Shown in pieces: positions 40,420-53,700 of a stretch of DNA of 64,000 bases; position 1 is the stretch's first letter, and the number at the start of each line of letters is the position of its first letter. The translations under genes were made by a program, and so were the position numbers. Below the pieces are notes generated by a model, which was given only the letters and a program-made list of their open reading frames with translations, searched no databases and had not been told where the DNA came from. This stretch comes from Psammoneis japonica. Lineage: Eukaryota. The DNA lies in NCBI GenBank assembly GCA_008632985.1, contig QPGO01000015.1:311998-375997 (forward strand), in the 5' to 3' direction.

Positions 40420-43400
40420 GTGGCGACATTCACGGCACCGTCGTCATCGGATGAGGACTCACCATGGGAGGATTCACCATCAACAAATGCCCTCTGTGAA
40501 GAGCGCACTCGGGATTCGCACAATGGAAAGTCCAAACGGAGGAAGGGCAAACGAGACAATGACCAGAATTGGGATAAAAGGCGGAAGCTGTCTGTTGAAG
40601 CGAAGCCATCAAATGAAAAGATGCCATCTCCCTGGCGCCATTTTGCCAACAACATTCCTTTGCCCGACTCGATGTCACCCCACACTCAAGACCGTCAAAG
40701 CCGTGCTGCTGCCACAAATGGGACAAGCGAATCGCATGCTGTCAAGCGAGTGCCATCTTCAGGTGCAGTGTCGGTAAAACGAACAAGTGAGTTTGCCGCT
40801 GGAAAGCCACAAGTTTTGAATGGAAGCGCCAAAGCTGGCGGCTTCCCAGAAGAATCTTCCGTGAAGAAGCGCCAACGAGGTCCAGGTGAGATCGTGACTC
40901 GCTTTGTTTGTTTCCTGCATGATGATGATTGTCGTCATGAAACTCATTCTTGTCAATTTCATCTCATTTGTTGAATGTGGGCACAGATGGAGCTTCCAAT
41001 GCTGCAGCCAGTGGTGGGGTTGACGTGGAGGCACCCGCCACTGTGGCAAAGGGTGCAACACTTGCTGTCGGTGGATCTCCTGTGCCATCTAAAAGGAGGA
41101 GGGGCAAGAGAGATGAGGATCCGAGTCGCCAGCACGACAAGGAACAGCTGGCTAAGAAACAAAGGATCTGCAACGACAAGCTGACGAACGAGCCGCAGCC
41201 TCGTAAAGGATCACTTTTAGCGGCATTCATGAGGAATAAAAAGAGAAAGGAACTGTTTGCATCTAAGCAGGGCAACCATCAAAACAATCGTGATGTGAAT
41301 GCAGGAAATGCACAAGGCGCTGCCACCAGCAAGAAGAAGAGTCCACGTGGTGCTGGCAAAGCCAAGACACCTGACAGCAAACAGAAGTGGCAATGGAGCC
41401 CTTGGGAAGGACATTGCAGGATCACTTCCGATGGTCGCCGTGAATGCCAAGCCCCCGACTTAGCCGTGAGAACAATCAAAGCTGTTGGTGCTCGCAAGAA
41501 GACGACCATGTCTTTTGGCGCAACACTGACTGACACTGGATCTCAAAAACTCAGCAGTGGCGCTCATTTGAAACGGTCTGGCACCCTGTCACCACAAGCA
41601 ACTGCTGCCCGTGATGCGGACTGTCAAGGATTGCATCAGAACATGGCTTCTGAGAAAACAAGTGAGCTTCGCGCTGCTGCTGCTACAGCTGGTGCAGCAA
41701 AGCCGCCGATTCCCACAGGACAGGAAGCTGTTGCTCCAAACGAGAAGGGGGTCCTTTGCGATGGTGCGAATCGTCCGCGTGTCCACTGCGCTCGTTCCGG
41801 CAACCCCGTCGCCGCTGCTGTGAGCACTTCTGCCGCAAGCAAGCCTGAGTCTAGAGTGCAAATAAAAGCCAGAGTCAAGAAGAAGAAACCACATTGTGCA
41901 CTCAATCCCCTTCCGAGCATTCCTGAAGAGTGCAATGTAATTGATGGTGCGACTGCCAAGAAGAACACAAGTCCTAGTGGGGTGGACCAAGCCAAGACAT
42001 CTGTGAGCAATTGTGAATTCGAAATGAGTCGTTCGCAAAGAAATGCGGTTCCAGCTCCTCCACTTGTCCCAACCGGTAAAGCTGCAGCTCCCAAGAAACA
42101 GAGAACTTTGCAATGTGGTGGTGAACGGCGCGGTCGTTCCGAGAACGAGAACACTGCCACCAATGAAGACACACATGTTGCTGCCCAAGCCTCACCTTCA
42201 GCTGCAAATGGAACTCCAAAAATGGACGGTCTGTCGAAAGAGCACACCTTGAACATCACAGGCAGGAAAATGGTTCGGTTTGTTTCGCTGTGCCTTGTTC
42301 TTGACGAGGAATTTATTCTCACCACTTTCACATCTCGTTCGTTTCGTATGGACGCACGCTCTGCCCGTGTTGTTGTCTTGGACGCACCCACTGTTACGAG
42401 TCAACTTGGGAAGATCCAAGCCAGGATGCCTGATGTAAGTTTGAAATCGGGACCAACTGAGCACACGGGGAAACAAAAGGCTGCTTCTCCGGATGCATCC
42501 GTTTCTGCCATGGATTTGGAAATGCCGAATTTCAAGCGTGGAGATGATTGTCACAAGACCACAATGAGATTTGATGAAATGGATTCATTCCCCATGCAAG
42601 AGCCTGACAAAGAAGCAAACCAAGAAGACGATGAAAATCCCACGCCCAAAGTTGCAGAACCTGTTGTTGCTGCGTCATCAATCCAAATGGGCAATTCTTC
42701 CGGCGGATTGGCGCACGCTGCCAATGCAGGAAGTGAAACCGGTGGCTTGCCAAACGAGCCCTCTCCCAGAAAACGCAAACGAACTGCAGGTGGGACAGTT
42801 GCCCACGTTTTGCTTGTTGCTTCTGTTGTCTGCTGTCAACATTGATGCGACCCCCTTCTCATCGGTGTCATCTCACTCGTTGAACACAGACTCTGAAAAT
42901 GCATCTTTTGGCAATGATGGAGAATGTGAATCTGATGCCTTGGGTGACTTTCCTTTGGGATCTTCACCTGTTGCTGCCGCTGGCATCCTGTCCAATGACT
43001 CATTTGGCGCTCCCACCGCTTCGTCTAAAGAATCAAGCTGCAACCGAATTTCAGGCAAGAAGATGATGATTCCCTTTTCGTTGCTGCCTGTGTGATTTCA
43101 TTGTTGTTGACACTACCTCTTGCCGGCATCATCTCATTTCATTGAATGCAGACACAGAAAATAGATCTTCTGGCGAGGTTGAGAGGCAGCTTGATGCTTG
43201 CGACTCTGTTGAAGAAGAGGAAGAAGCAGCCAAGGCACCCATGCTTCCCACGACAGCCGGTGACCGTGAAGCTGGTGGGTGGCGTGGCTGTCCCATTCAA
43301 GGAGCATCGGATGGGCTAGGCCTGGCTTCGAATGCAACCGTCAATGCGACTGAGACCAATGGGTCAACGGATCCAACAAGCAAATCCACTTCCACTTGCT

Positions 43401-44350
43401 CGAATCATTCAGTTTCTACCATGTCATCTCGTTTGCTGAACAGAGACAGAGACTACAATGGATCTTCTGGCGAGGGTGACTTGCAGCTCACCCTTTTGAC
43501 TCTGATGAAGAAGAGGAAGCAGAAGAAACCAATGCCGGTGCACCCACGCGTTTCATTGCCGCCGGTGGCTGTGGAGGTGCTGGTGACTTGGGTGGCTCTG
43601 TCATTGGGGGGGGTGCCTGATGCCATGACAGAAGATGCCGAAGCAGCTGTGAGTGAAAGCGACGATTTGGACAGCCTAGATTTAGGGGCTCCACCTGCTG
43701 CTGCGACCGGGAACTCTGAGCAAGCTGTAGAAAAGGCTGCCAAACCTTCGGAAAAAGGACATCGTGTCAAGAGATGGAAAAGTGGTACAGGCGCTAGGTT
43801 GATGACTCAAGCAGAGGCTTCAAAAACCGGATTGAGCTTCGACAAAGGGCTTGCACCGGCAGGCTATTGCATTCCGGACACGCTTCGTCTTATCTTCCTT
43901 AACATGGTTCACAACAAAAACGTGAGAAGGGGATTAAAGATGTCCAAAGCGGCGATTCGAAAGGAATTAGGCCAATGGGTAGCGTCCGAGAAATACGTCC
44001 CTTTTTGTGCGAGCAAAGGATTTGAGGCGCAACTGTTGTGCCGTGAAGAATCTCGAAGTAAAATGGCGTTGCTTCTGAAAGAAGAAGGCGTGTGTCTTGT
44101 CATCGTGGATTGCACAGACAGGGTCAAAAACGTGATGGCCAAGCATGCAGTGGCATATTTTGCGAAGCATGGTGTCCTCGTAGACACTGAGCCTTGCACT
44201 CACTTCGTCAGGCTTGAAGAGAAGGATCGAGGGACTCTTAAGCGCCGAAACAAGACGTCCATCAAGAAAGCAAATCGCATCTTCAAGAAATTATTTGACG
44301 GCGAAGAAAACAAAATATTCGAAATATACCAGATTTCAAGGAAAGTGTAA
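40420..44350 (+). pseudogene. Unknown multi-exon gene (low-complexity N-terminal region, globular C-terminal about 200 aa), TpA-eroded over its 5' three quarters
   Basis: Long ORFs 40393..40974, 40950..42845 and 43142..44350, separated by four pyrimidine-rich intron-like segments. The 631-aa ORF contains no Tyr. Confidence 0.5.
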
Positions 44351-44469
44351 GAAACGGGTAGTCAGGTTTTTCATAATCAGTTGTATAGAGCGCAATAAAA
44401 CCATTTTGTAAACCACTGCATAAAATTGTAAGGAGAGACTTCAGACAGTGGCATTCTAGACGCGGTGAC

Positions 44470-47400
44470 AGCCACCAGCCCATGAGGGCTTTACGACCAA
44501 TTCAGAACACATCAGTGGCCAATCCTTTGGCAAAATGGCAGACAAGCTGTGCAGCAGAGCTGACAGGCTCAATCTTGATCTCCAAAGCCTCAACCCCAGT
44601 GCAAAACCAGTGGCATGGAATGCCGATGGGCTTGGTTCATGGGGACAATTTAGGCATGCAAGCAAGCTGGGGGCAAGCAGCATTGTCTTCATGCACAACA
44701 GATGCTGGCAGGTTGGCAGCATTGATGGGTGAGGAATCGGTGCTGTCCTTGGCCTGCAGGAAGGCCTCGGAGTGGGCAGTTGCCTTGTTGTGAGCATCCG
44801 GTTGTGCAAAGACGTGTGTGTTAATTTCCTTCAAGATCTTGCAAAGGGGGGTGAGATCGCACATTGCTTGGGAGAGTGCGACATGCTCGGCTTCCATCCC
44901 AGAAAGTGCCGCCAGGGTCTGCAGCTTGGACACCCAGATGATGGGACATCTGCCACAATGAACAACACAACTGGTGTGTGACTTGACAGAAGTGTGGTTT
45001 TGTCCATCTTCAATGCCAAAGAGTCCTGCAAAATCAGCAACAACATGACAATCAAGCCAATGATCTGCAGTGGGTGCTCGGATGAGACCCTTGTCAGCAG
45101 TGTCCTTCAAGTGCCAAAGAATGTGCTTGATTTCAACAGCATGGGAGGCCTTGGGAGCAAAGGAGAACTGAGCAACTTGGTGGGTGGCACAGGCAATGTC
45201 CAGGTGGCTGTTGGATGCCAGATGAGTCAACATGCCGACCATGGGCCGACAGTTGCCACAAGGTTCATCGAATGATGGGCCTTCAGAACCACTGCCAGCA
45301 GGTGCAGGAAGTGTGGGAGCAGGAGCTCTGTTGCAGTTTTCTGTCTGGGCAGCATGCAGCACTTTCTCAATTGGGCCAGGTTGGGTTGGCAGAAAGCAGC
45401 CATCCTTGAGTTTCTGGATCTTCTTGATGCCAAAAAAGTTGCCAACTTTGCCTGCATCATGCAGGTTGAATGCATGGCATTGCTCATCATTGGAAACACC
45501 CAATTTGGCAATCTCAGCTTCAAGCTCTACAGATGACACTCCGGTGAACAAATCATTGTCAACACATGCCATGCACAACATGCCCTTCTTGAAACAAATG
45601 CAAGGGTCAACAGCAGACTGAATCCATCCTTGTTCAATCAATCCATGGTGCAGCTTTTCACAGAAGCACTTGGGAGACTGGCAGAGTCCATGCAGGTCTT
45701 TCAACAATTTTGGTGCCAAGTCAGCACCTGATTTCTGCTGAAAACCCTCAGGAGGCTCCACACAGACTTTCTCCTTGACATCAGCTTGGAAAAAGGTGGT
45801 GACACAGTCAATTTGATGAGTGGTCCAACCTTCTTTGAGCACCATTGTGAGGAGAAGCCAAGTTGATGACCATTGCATGACGCACAGGTCTTAAAACAAT
45901 CAACACCTTGCACATCTGCAAATCACCATAAACACAACACTGGGCTTTGTGCTTCAAGGGTGCACCATCAGAAAGTCTTTTAAGCCAGAAAGCCCATGTG
46001 CCAGGCAATGCATTCATGTCATCAGTCCTTGGCACCATTTCCCATGCACGATGGTGGAGCAGCACATTTGTCTCAATCTTCATGGACCCATTTGTTGGCC
46101 CTGTGACTGCACACAGCTTCATGCGAGGGATGGCACATCAGGGTCCTTGTGTTTCTTTGCAGTTGCACAAACCCTTTGCGCAAACCCTGGGATCATCAAA
46201 GTTTCAGGTCTGCAAATCAATGCAGGTGTCCAGAGCAGCAAGATGCACCAACTGAGCTGCAGTCCCAAGCAACTCGTCTTTTGAGTTTACTGGAGCAAAG
46301 AAGACTTTGTCCATGAACCTTTCAGACAGCAACTGACCCTTGTTTGATCAACTTGAACAGCACAGTGGAGGAGCTAACTCTGGAGAAGTGGCAGGAGGAG
46401 ATTCCGGTGTTGTTGGCATTGTTGGAGGAGCAGGTTCAGGCAGAGTGATGGCAGGTGGTGGTTTTAACTCTGGTGGCAGTTCTGCAGGAGCACAGGCAGA
46501 GGACTGGAGGGTCATCAGGTGCATTGGGAACTTCAATGTGGACATCAGGTGTGTCCGGTGGAGGCAGTTTGAAAGCAGTCCATGCCTCTGAGCATGAGTG
46601 GATTGTCTGGGATCTGCAGGGGGGCGGCAAGTCATTGATGACAGAAGTGGTTTCAGGGTCACAGAATCACAGAAGTCAAACCCGTGATGGTGGATGCTTG
46701 GAGGTGAGTTCTCACAGGTGTCATTAAAAGATGCTGGGTTGCTTGCTTCATGCACAAGGTCATCCAACATGCTGTCTGACAGTCCTTCCATGTGACTTGA
46801 TGTGGCATCATGAAACACAACTGGATTCTTGATCTCTGATGCAGTGTGCAGGCTGAAAACAACTCAAGAGCTGGCAGTTCCAAGTTAAAAGAGGACAGAG
46901 CATTGGAGAGCTTGTGGAAATTGTCAGTGTCTTTGGGGTCAACCGTCTTGACCAAGATTGGAGCTGGTTTGGCCATGGCAGTTTCCCTCTTGGCCATTGG
47001 AGCAGGAGTGAAAGATGCAGAAGCAATGACCACAGGAGGGCTGCCCACAGCATTGTCAACAGGAGCACACCACATGCCACAATGGACAAGTTCTTCATTG
47101 GCATCAGAGTCCTTGTCCATTGGTGGAGCCGTTGTTTGCTCAGGAGGACCAAATGGGACACCCACAGAAGGATCATTTGCAGCAGAGAGATTTGCTGAAG
47201 CAGTGGCACTGGAGGTGGGTGAAAATTTGCTGGTGTGTTCAGCACTTGAATGGCCTTGTCACATGCCCATCTCACTGGTTTCCTTGTTGATGCACTTGTC
47301 ACACAATTTCCAGAGCATGCCTTTGTCATCAGTGAGGGTGGGTTCCTTGTTCACGAAATGCCAGGTGGGCTTGGAAGGTTTTGGTTTTGGAGATGGTGAG

Positions 47401-48850
47401 TCCCTGTCTGTCTTCTTTGTGTTGTTCTTGGACTCATCTGCTTTCACCCTCTGCACTGCCACGTGCTCTTTCTCACATGCAGAACACACATGCTTGGTGC
47501 ATCCAACCACACCACATCCCTGCAGCAATGCTTGTCCTTGATGGAAGTGTTGCTCGACTTGGGGAGTTTAGCTGTTGAGGCAGGCCAGTCTTCATCACTG
47601 ATGAGCTTGTCATGGGTCATGGCAATCCAGCCAATGTGGCCAACAGGCCCTGAAATTGTGCAGTCAGAGTGGTTTGGCACTTTAGCCAGGTTGCAGAGAC
47701 AACACTTTTGTGTTCCATCTTCTTAACATCATCCATCTTCAAGAATGCTTGACAATTAAAGAACTTGGATGAAGTCTTGGATGCTTTGGTTAAAATGGCA
47801 GAACCTGTGTCAACCAGCAGCACACAGTCCATCTTCACAATCTTGGCCAGAGGAAGAGCTTTGGCCACAAGCTCAGTGCAATCCTTGCCAGGGTGGAACT
47901 TGAGCAACAGTGCCTTGAGCTTCTCCTTGGTGGACTTGACATCAACAAGAGCACTTGCATTGCAAGTGTCCAGAGCCATCACAAACAACACTGACCCTGG
48001 AAGATCCTTGAAGTCCTTGATGTGGTTGAACTTGACTTTGATCTTCTTGCAGGACGTTTCCGTGATTTGAGACTTGACTTGGAGTTGAGAGAGACCAACA
48101 TTGTCCTTCTTGTAATTGTCACAGCCTTTGTCACCTGAAGCAGCATTGCAAGACTTGCACTCCTTCTCAAGAAGGTTGCTGACAGAGATGGCATGAAGGG
48201 AGTCTAACAGACAAACAACCTTGCTGACAGACGTCCTCTTTCAACGGCAGAAAATTTCTTGCCCGTGCAACTGACAAGGTCTTGGATGGTTTTGACAAAG
48301 TCTTTCTTGTCCAGTTTGGTGCTTGGACCGTTGGACAGCTTGATTTGACTGATGAACTTTGAGACAGTTGCTGAAGCAAGTTGTTCACAAAGGGATTGCT
48401 TGATGGACTTGGCAGCCTTTGGATGGCAATGCTGAGAGTGTCATCAAGAAGAGACCCACCAAGGCACATGCCACAAGAGGGATGCAATCCACCATGGATG
48501 GGGGTTGGGATGGGTGGATGTGCATCGGATGCTTGCATGGCTGCAAAAGCCTCGGCAAACTTCTTGAATGTTTCCAGATCCTTTCTGGGAGCAGTGGCAT
48601 CAGAATCAGACATGATGCTGGATGAGGATTTGACACAAAAGATCAACTGCAAGGACAGGATTGCAGCACAGAAGATCACCGCAGGATGGGATGTCATCAC
48701 AATGCAGTGCAGAGGATGACAATCACAATTGACTGGAGATTGCATTTTGACCTGACGGTTTTGTGTGTCACTCTGGTTGCTGTTGCCAGAAGACTCAATG
48801 GACATTTCTTCCAGAAGCAGAGATTGATGACCGGAAGCATCATCCATGAA
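44470..48850 (-). mobile_element. Degenerate Ty1/Copia (diatom CoDi-like) retrotransposon: gag about 48613-47240, RT-RNase H about 46200-44475; protease and integrase not seen
   Basis: 'LPGTWAF.LKRLSDG...KHKAQCCV.GD', 'VCVEPPEGF', 'LHGLCQSP', 'DPCI...CVDN', 'DCHVVADFAGL', 'PIIWVSKLQT..ALS.MEAEH.ALS', 'HEDN' and terminal 'LMGW'. Gag 'PIHGG...GG' and 'WKLCDKC'. Confidence 0.9.
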
Positions 48851-50299
48851 TCACACTTGGCATTTGACTCGCGACTCTGCAGGCTGGAACTTTGTTGTGT
48901 TTGATCTTTGTTGTTTCAAGAAACACAGCCACAGTTGTCTTCAAATGTCCTCAGGCTGTCCTTGTGACATTTTTGTGTTTGACAAACATGTGTTGACTCA
49001 TCTGAACAAGAGACAAAATGCCATGGGGGCACTCCTGGTGTTGAGAAAAAGCACATGGGCTCTGTGCAACCACCATGCAGGAGCACACCATGGACAAAAT
49101 AAAAAAATGTTGCTGTGGTTCACACAAACAGTGGTTCAGTGGAAGGGATGTTTAAAATGCACCCTGAACAGAACTCAGATGCAACACAGAAACTGAGATG
49201 AGGGAAGAGGCATCTCCTCCTGGCCTGCTGTGACACACTCAATGAGCGCACCCTCACCATCATCTGACAGCAGCAACTTAAGAATTCTCTGAACATGAGC
49301 TCCTCTGAGCTGTCACTTTTGGTGACCTCTGTCCTTTGCACAGCTTTGTTGGGCTTGCCAAGCTCTCCATCTGGCTGTTGCTGATGCCTCCTTTTGCAGC
49401 ACTCCAGATTTCTTCCATGGGCCCTCTCATGACACTCCCAGCCAGCCACAAGCTTTTGTCAGCTCCTCACTCTCACCAGCTGCTGGGAACTGTGCCCTGC
49501 TCTCTGCCCACAGCTTCACTCACATGCTGCTGCAAGTGGGGCAAGCTGTCTCTTTGGAAGCTTTTTGCTGCATCACCTGTCAAACCTGGTTCAGAGGATG
49601 GACTTGCAAGTTTGAGGGCAGACTCATCATTCCATCACACACCACAAAACAGTTTGCAGCTTTGAAACAGAGCAAAAGCAGCTGCTGCTTGACAAAGCCA
49701 CAGCCTGGAAGCAAGGTGTGGAACAACAAATGGTGTGGCATGTTGATGAGCTGTTGCAGGGAGGAGGGCAGTCCTCATTGCCATCTGCTGGTCCAAAAAC
49801 CATGTCAGCAACAACCATGTTTAACTCATGGAAGAGCCTCTGTTTTAACAGTTGTCAGCTTGACACCATTTTGGACATCTCACATTTCTCTTGTGGAAGA
49901 ACTCAAGGTCAATCAAATCTTCTGTGTTTGGAGCCATGAAAGCTGGCGTGGTCTCTGTGAACAATTTGTTGGAGTCAAAGTCACACACCATGTTTGCACA
50001 GCTTGTTTGTGTGATTTCAAATGTGCATGTTGCTTGTCCTTGCAAAAGCTCATCAGCCTTGTTTCTCAAAGTTTTGCAGCAGCTCACTTGCTTGCAACTG
50101 GCAATGGGCTGCATCTGCTGGTGACAACTCAGCGTTCATGACCTTGTCACCCCCAAAGCTGCACTGACTGAAGATCTTGAACAGATTTGATTGATTGTGG
50201 ACAAAGCTCTCTCTTTGTGGCTGCTCCTGAAGCTTCTTCAATTTGTCCAAACCATGCCAATCTTTAGAAAGCTGTGATCAAGGCAATCTCAGATGGTTG

Positions 50300-50760
50300 T
50301 GACACCACAACAGTCCATGTTGAGACTTTTTTCTCTTTTTCCGTCCTGATGCATTTCCAATCTTTTGCATGTTGGGATGATGTGTTTGTGATGCTCCATG
50401 CATGAAGTTGTCTTGTGCCTCAAGTTCTGCACCTCCACCGGCTGCTGCTGCAGGCACCACCACCAAGGGCTGTTTGCTCTGCAGCTTTGTTGCCTGGAAG
50501 AAGCTTGGCATGACCTTCCTCCCACTTGTCCTTTAGATGCATCATCTCAAACATGGTCCAGGTGCTGCTTTCAAGCAGCTGGTGCACAGGCTCCTGATGC
50601 TTCTCCAGACAAAGGGCAAGAATGTTTTACCCTGCCACAACATGGTTTGCACATTGCACAGGAACAACAGGTGCTCTTCACATGCACCTGCAGAAAAGTG
50701 CTGAAAACTCAGTTCAAGCACAGGACTGTCAGCATTGGCTGGAGGGTCCACGTTAGAGTC
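50300..50760 (-). mobile_element. Possible Ty3/Gypsy gag N-terminal fragment
   Basis: 'DPPANADSPVLELSFQHFSAGACEEHLLFLCNVQTMLWQG' resembles the diatom Gypsy gag pattern 'DP..ADSP.YEL....F..G..EE.L.F'; recognised from memory. Confidence 0.45.
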
Positions 50761-53700
50761 ATTTAGGAGTGTTAGTTTTTCAAACTACATACTTGTCTGC
50801 TGCTGCACCTGAGCTCAAATGTCAAACTCACCTTTTGACAGTGCCTTCTCTTCTCCAGATGTTGCAAAGGAATTGGCAGCTCACTCCACTTCTTCATGAT
50901 TGGTCAGTTCATCAACTGTGGTGTTGAAACCTGGCACACTTGCATGAATGTGTGCAAAAGAAGAGAGTTGGCAGACAAGAATCCTGCAGCTTCAGAGGTC
51001 AATTCATGCCAAAAAAACACCAAGAAAAGACAAGGATTCTGTGATGAAGGTGAGTGTTGAGTGAGTGCTTGTCAATTGTTGATCAGTTGATGCCTGCTGG
51101 TGATGATGAGCCACCTGAGTTCAAACTGCCAGCCAAGAAGCAGTGGAAAAGCAGCCCAAGTGCATCTCATTTCCAGTTGCAACAACACAAGTTGTGTGCA
51201 CCTGGCATGGTCAGGGGGTGGTGTCCCTGACCACCATGGCCCAAAGCAGTGAAATCATGCTTCACAAGAAGCTGCAAAGTGGTTTGATGTGACAAGCTGC
51301 TTTGGTGCCACCTTGGGGTCAGACAAAAGAAAATTCAAAGAAAGGACAATGGACTCTGCAGTGGGCACACATTTGGGCTGTGAACAGAAAAAGTGGAATC
51401 GCAAATGTGCGGCAAGGACAGCTCACACGAAAATGCATTTGAGTGTGCAGCAAAAGCAAGAACTGTCAGCAGCTGGAGTCAGTGTGTCAGTTGGTCCCAG
51501 GCCCTCAAATTGCTCAAACTGTGGAACTGGGGTGTCAGACACACAAGAAGCCAGCTGTGGCCATGGCAACTGCATGTCTGTGAGATGAGTGAGAAGAGTC
51601 ATCTCATGGACTTGATCTGCTGGTCCAAGATGTGGATCTCTGTGCTCTTGGTGTGCCAACACCCCCCATCCTGTTCCCTGATCAAAGCATGTTGCAGACT
51701 CCAAAGAAAAAGCAATGACATGAAGGCTGAACTTGCAAGTGTTCAAACTAAAAAAATCAGCAAGCTCATGGGTGCTGCTGTTCTTGAGCAAATCTTGAGA
51801 ATGTTCCAACAGCTGTGCTTGCAGCCAGCAGCCTTGATGTTCATGTTTGGCCGTTGCCTGGGAAGTCCACTGCCAATGTCAAGGCACATGTGTCATTTTG
51901 CCCTGCCATGACACAGCGGGAGCCAGCCTGCACTGCACAGACACAATGACTGGGTGTGCACTTCACACACTGGCAAAAAAGTGCAGAACATTCAGCTTGT
52001 GCATTGGGCTGTCAGCATCAGCTCTGGCAAGTTCCTGAGCTCACATGTCAAGCACTCTCTTTTTGACAATGCCTTCTTCTCCAGACATTTCAGCAGAGTT
52101 CATGTGGCTCAACCTGCTCATTCATGATTGGTTGATTTGTTGTTGGCATGGCTGACATCACAACCTTGGGCACTTGTGGGAGCAACACCACTGTGCCTGG
52201 TGCACTGTCAGGTGATGACATGGGGAAACAGCAGAGGGTGCCAAAGCTGCATTTTGTGAAAGTTGTTGTGAGGCTGGTTTGTCTCTAAAAAATGGAGTGG
52301 TGTGAGCAGGAAATGTGGAAATTCTCTTGTTGATTTGCACCATGGGCTGCAATGAAGCTGTGTTGATTTGGCCCACAGCTGGCTTCATTCAGAATTTGCA
52401 CAAGTTTTGAAAAAAACCAGATGCATCATCACATGTGCTTGCCAAATAAATTTCAACAATGAGCCAACTTTTGTCCATTTGCAAAACAACAAAGAGTCCA
52501 CTGATGATGATGATCATGGCCATGCATCATGTTCAGCTTGGCAACTCTGGACATGTCATCTGCAGCCGGTCAAATGCCAGCTGTTGGCATTTCCTGGGAA
52601 GTTGTGCCTTGTCCAACCACAATCAGTGCATTTTTGGCAAAAAACAGTGGTTTGCTTGTTGAATGTGACAGCTGTGGTAAATTCAAAAATTGGCATTTTG
52701 AATTTGAAGGTTGATCAGCACAGTTTGCATGAAGGTGTTGCAGCCCTGGTGGGCAGTGGATGAGTTCCAAGTGTTTGGGGGAACTCAAGAGAGGCATTCA
52801 AAACAACATGAACAAAGCATGAGCTGTTTAAAAATTTGCCAAGAGCTGATTGTTCATCCTTGAATCAGCTGCATTTAAGTTTCTTGGCTCTGACATTGTC
52901 TGCATGTCATCATGTGTGCACATGTGCATGCTGTGCCTGCATTGCTGTGCCTGCATGTGTCATCATCTTTGTGTCCTCAATGGCCTGAGTTGTTGATCCA
53001 CAGGCCCCCCTGTGCTGCCATGATGCATGCTTGCACAGTGCAGCAAACTAAAAGGAGAGAAATGATTGGTCCCAGCAACTCTGCCATTTGCATGTCCTTT
53101 CTACAAATCATTCCACGTGCACAAGCAAAGCACAAAACTCAGCATGCTGCATGTGGCTGGTGTTGACTGCACACACTGACCACAACAGCTGAAAACTGGA
53201 GCATGCTCTGGAGTGGTCAACAAGAAACAACAATTTGTTCCCTGTCCCATGAGACATGCTGCTTGGCTCCCTTTTTTGGGAGATGACAAACCCAATGTGC
53301 AAGCACACCTTTTCGGAGAGCAATGATCTCACCACCCAAGAGGATTGGCAGAGCTGAGATTTCAAGGATGACCATGAAGAAATTTGGGAGGGCAAGCCAT
53401 TTGGTGGAACCATTTGGTCTTGACAAAAGAGAGCCACCCATCTTTCTCACTTTTGGTGTGCACAGGACCAGCATGCAGCACAGTCACTGACTTTCCTGTG
53501 CATGCCAAAGAAACAACACCATTGCAGGCATGAGCTGAGGAAGGGTGGCTTTTAAATGATGACAAATGATGGCAAGTGCAAAGGAGGAAACCTGTTGCAG
53601 CATTGCTTGGTTGCAGAGAAGGAAGACAAGTTGCTTGACAATGTTTTTTTTTTCATTTTTGAGCATCTTGAGCACATCAAGTGAAGAGGTGCCTTTGGCC

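Noticed and set aside
44410..44462. Helitron 3' end (CCACTG...CAGTGG inverted repeat followed by CTAG)
   Set aside because: The stem is only 6 bp with a long loop, the base after CTAG is not T, and no Rep/helicase motifs were found.
48850..49170. 5' LTR and PBS of the minus-strand Copia
   Set aside because: There is no second LTR to pair with and no convincing PBS, so the boundaries cannot be supported.
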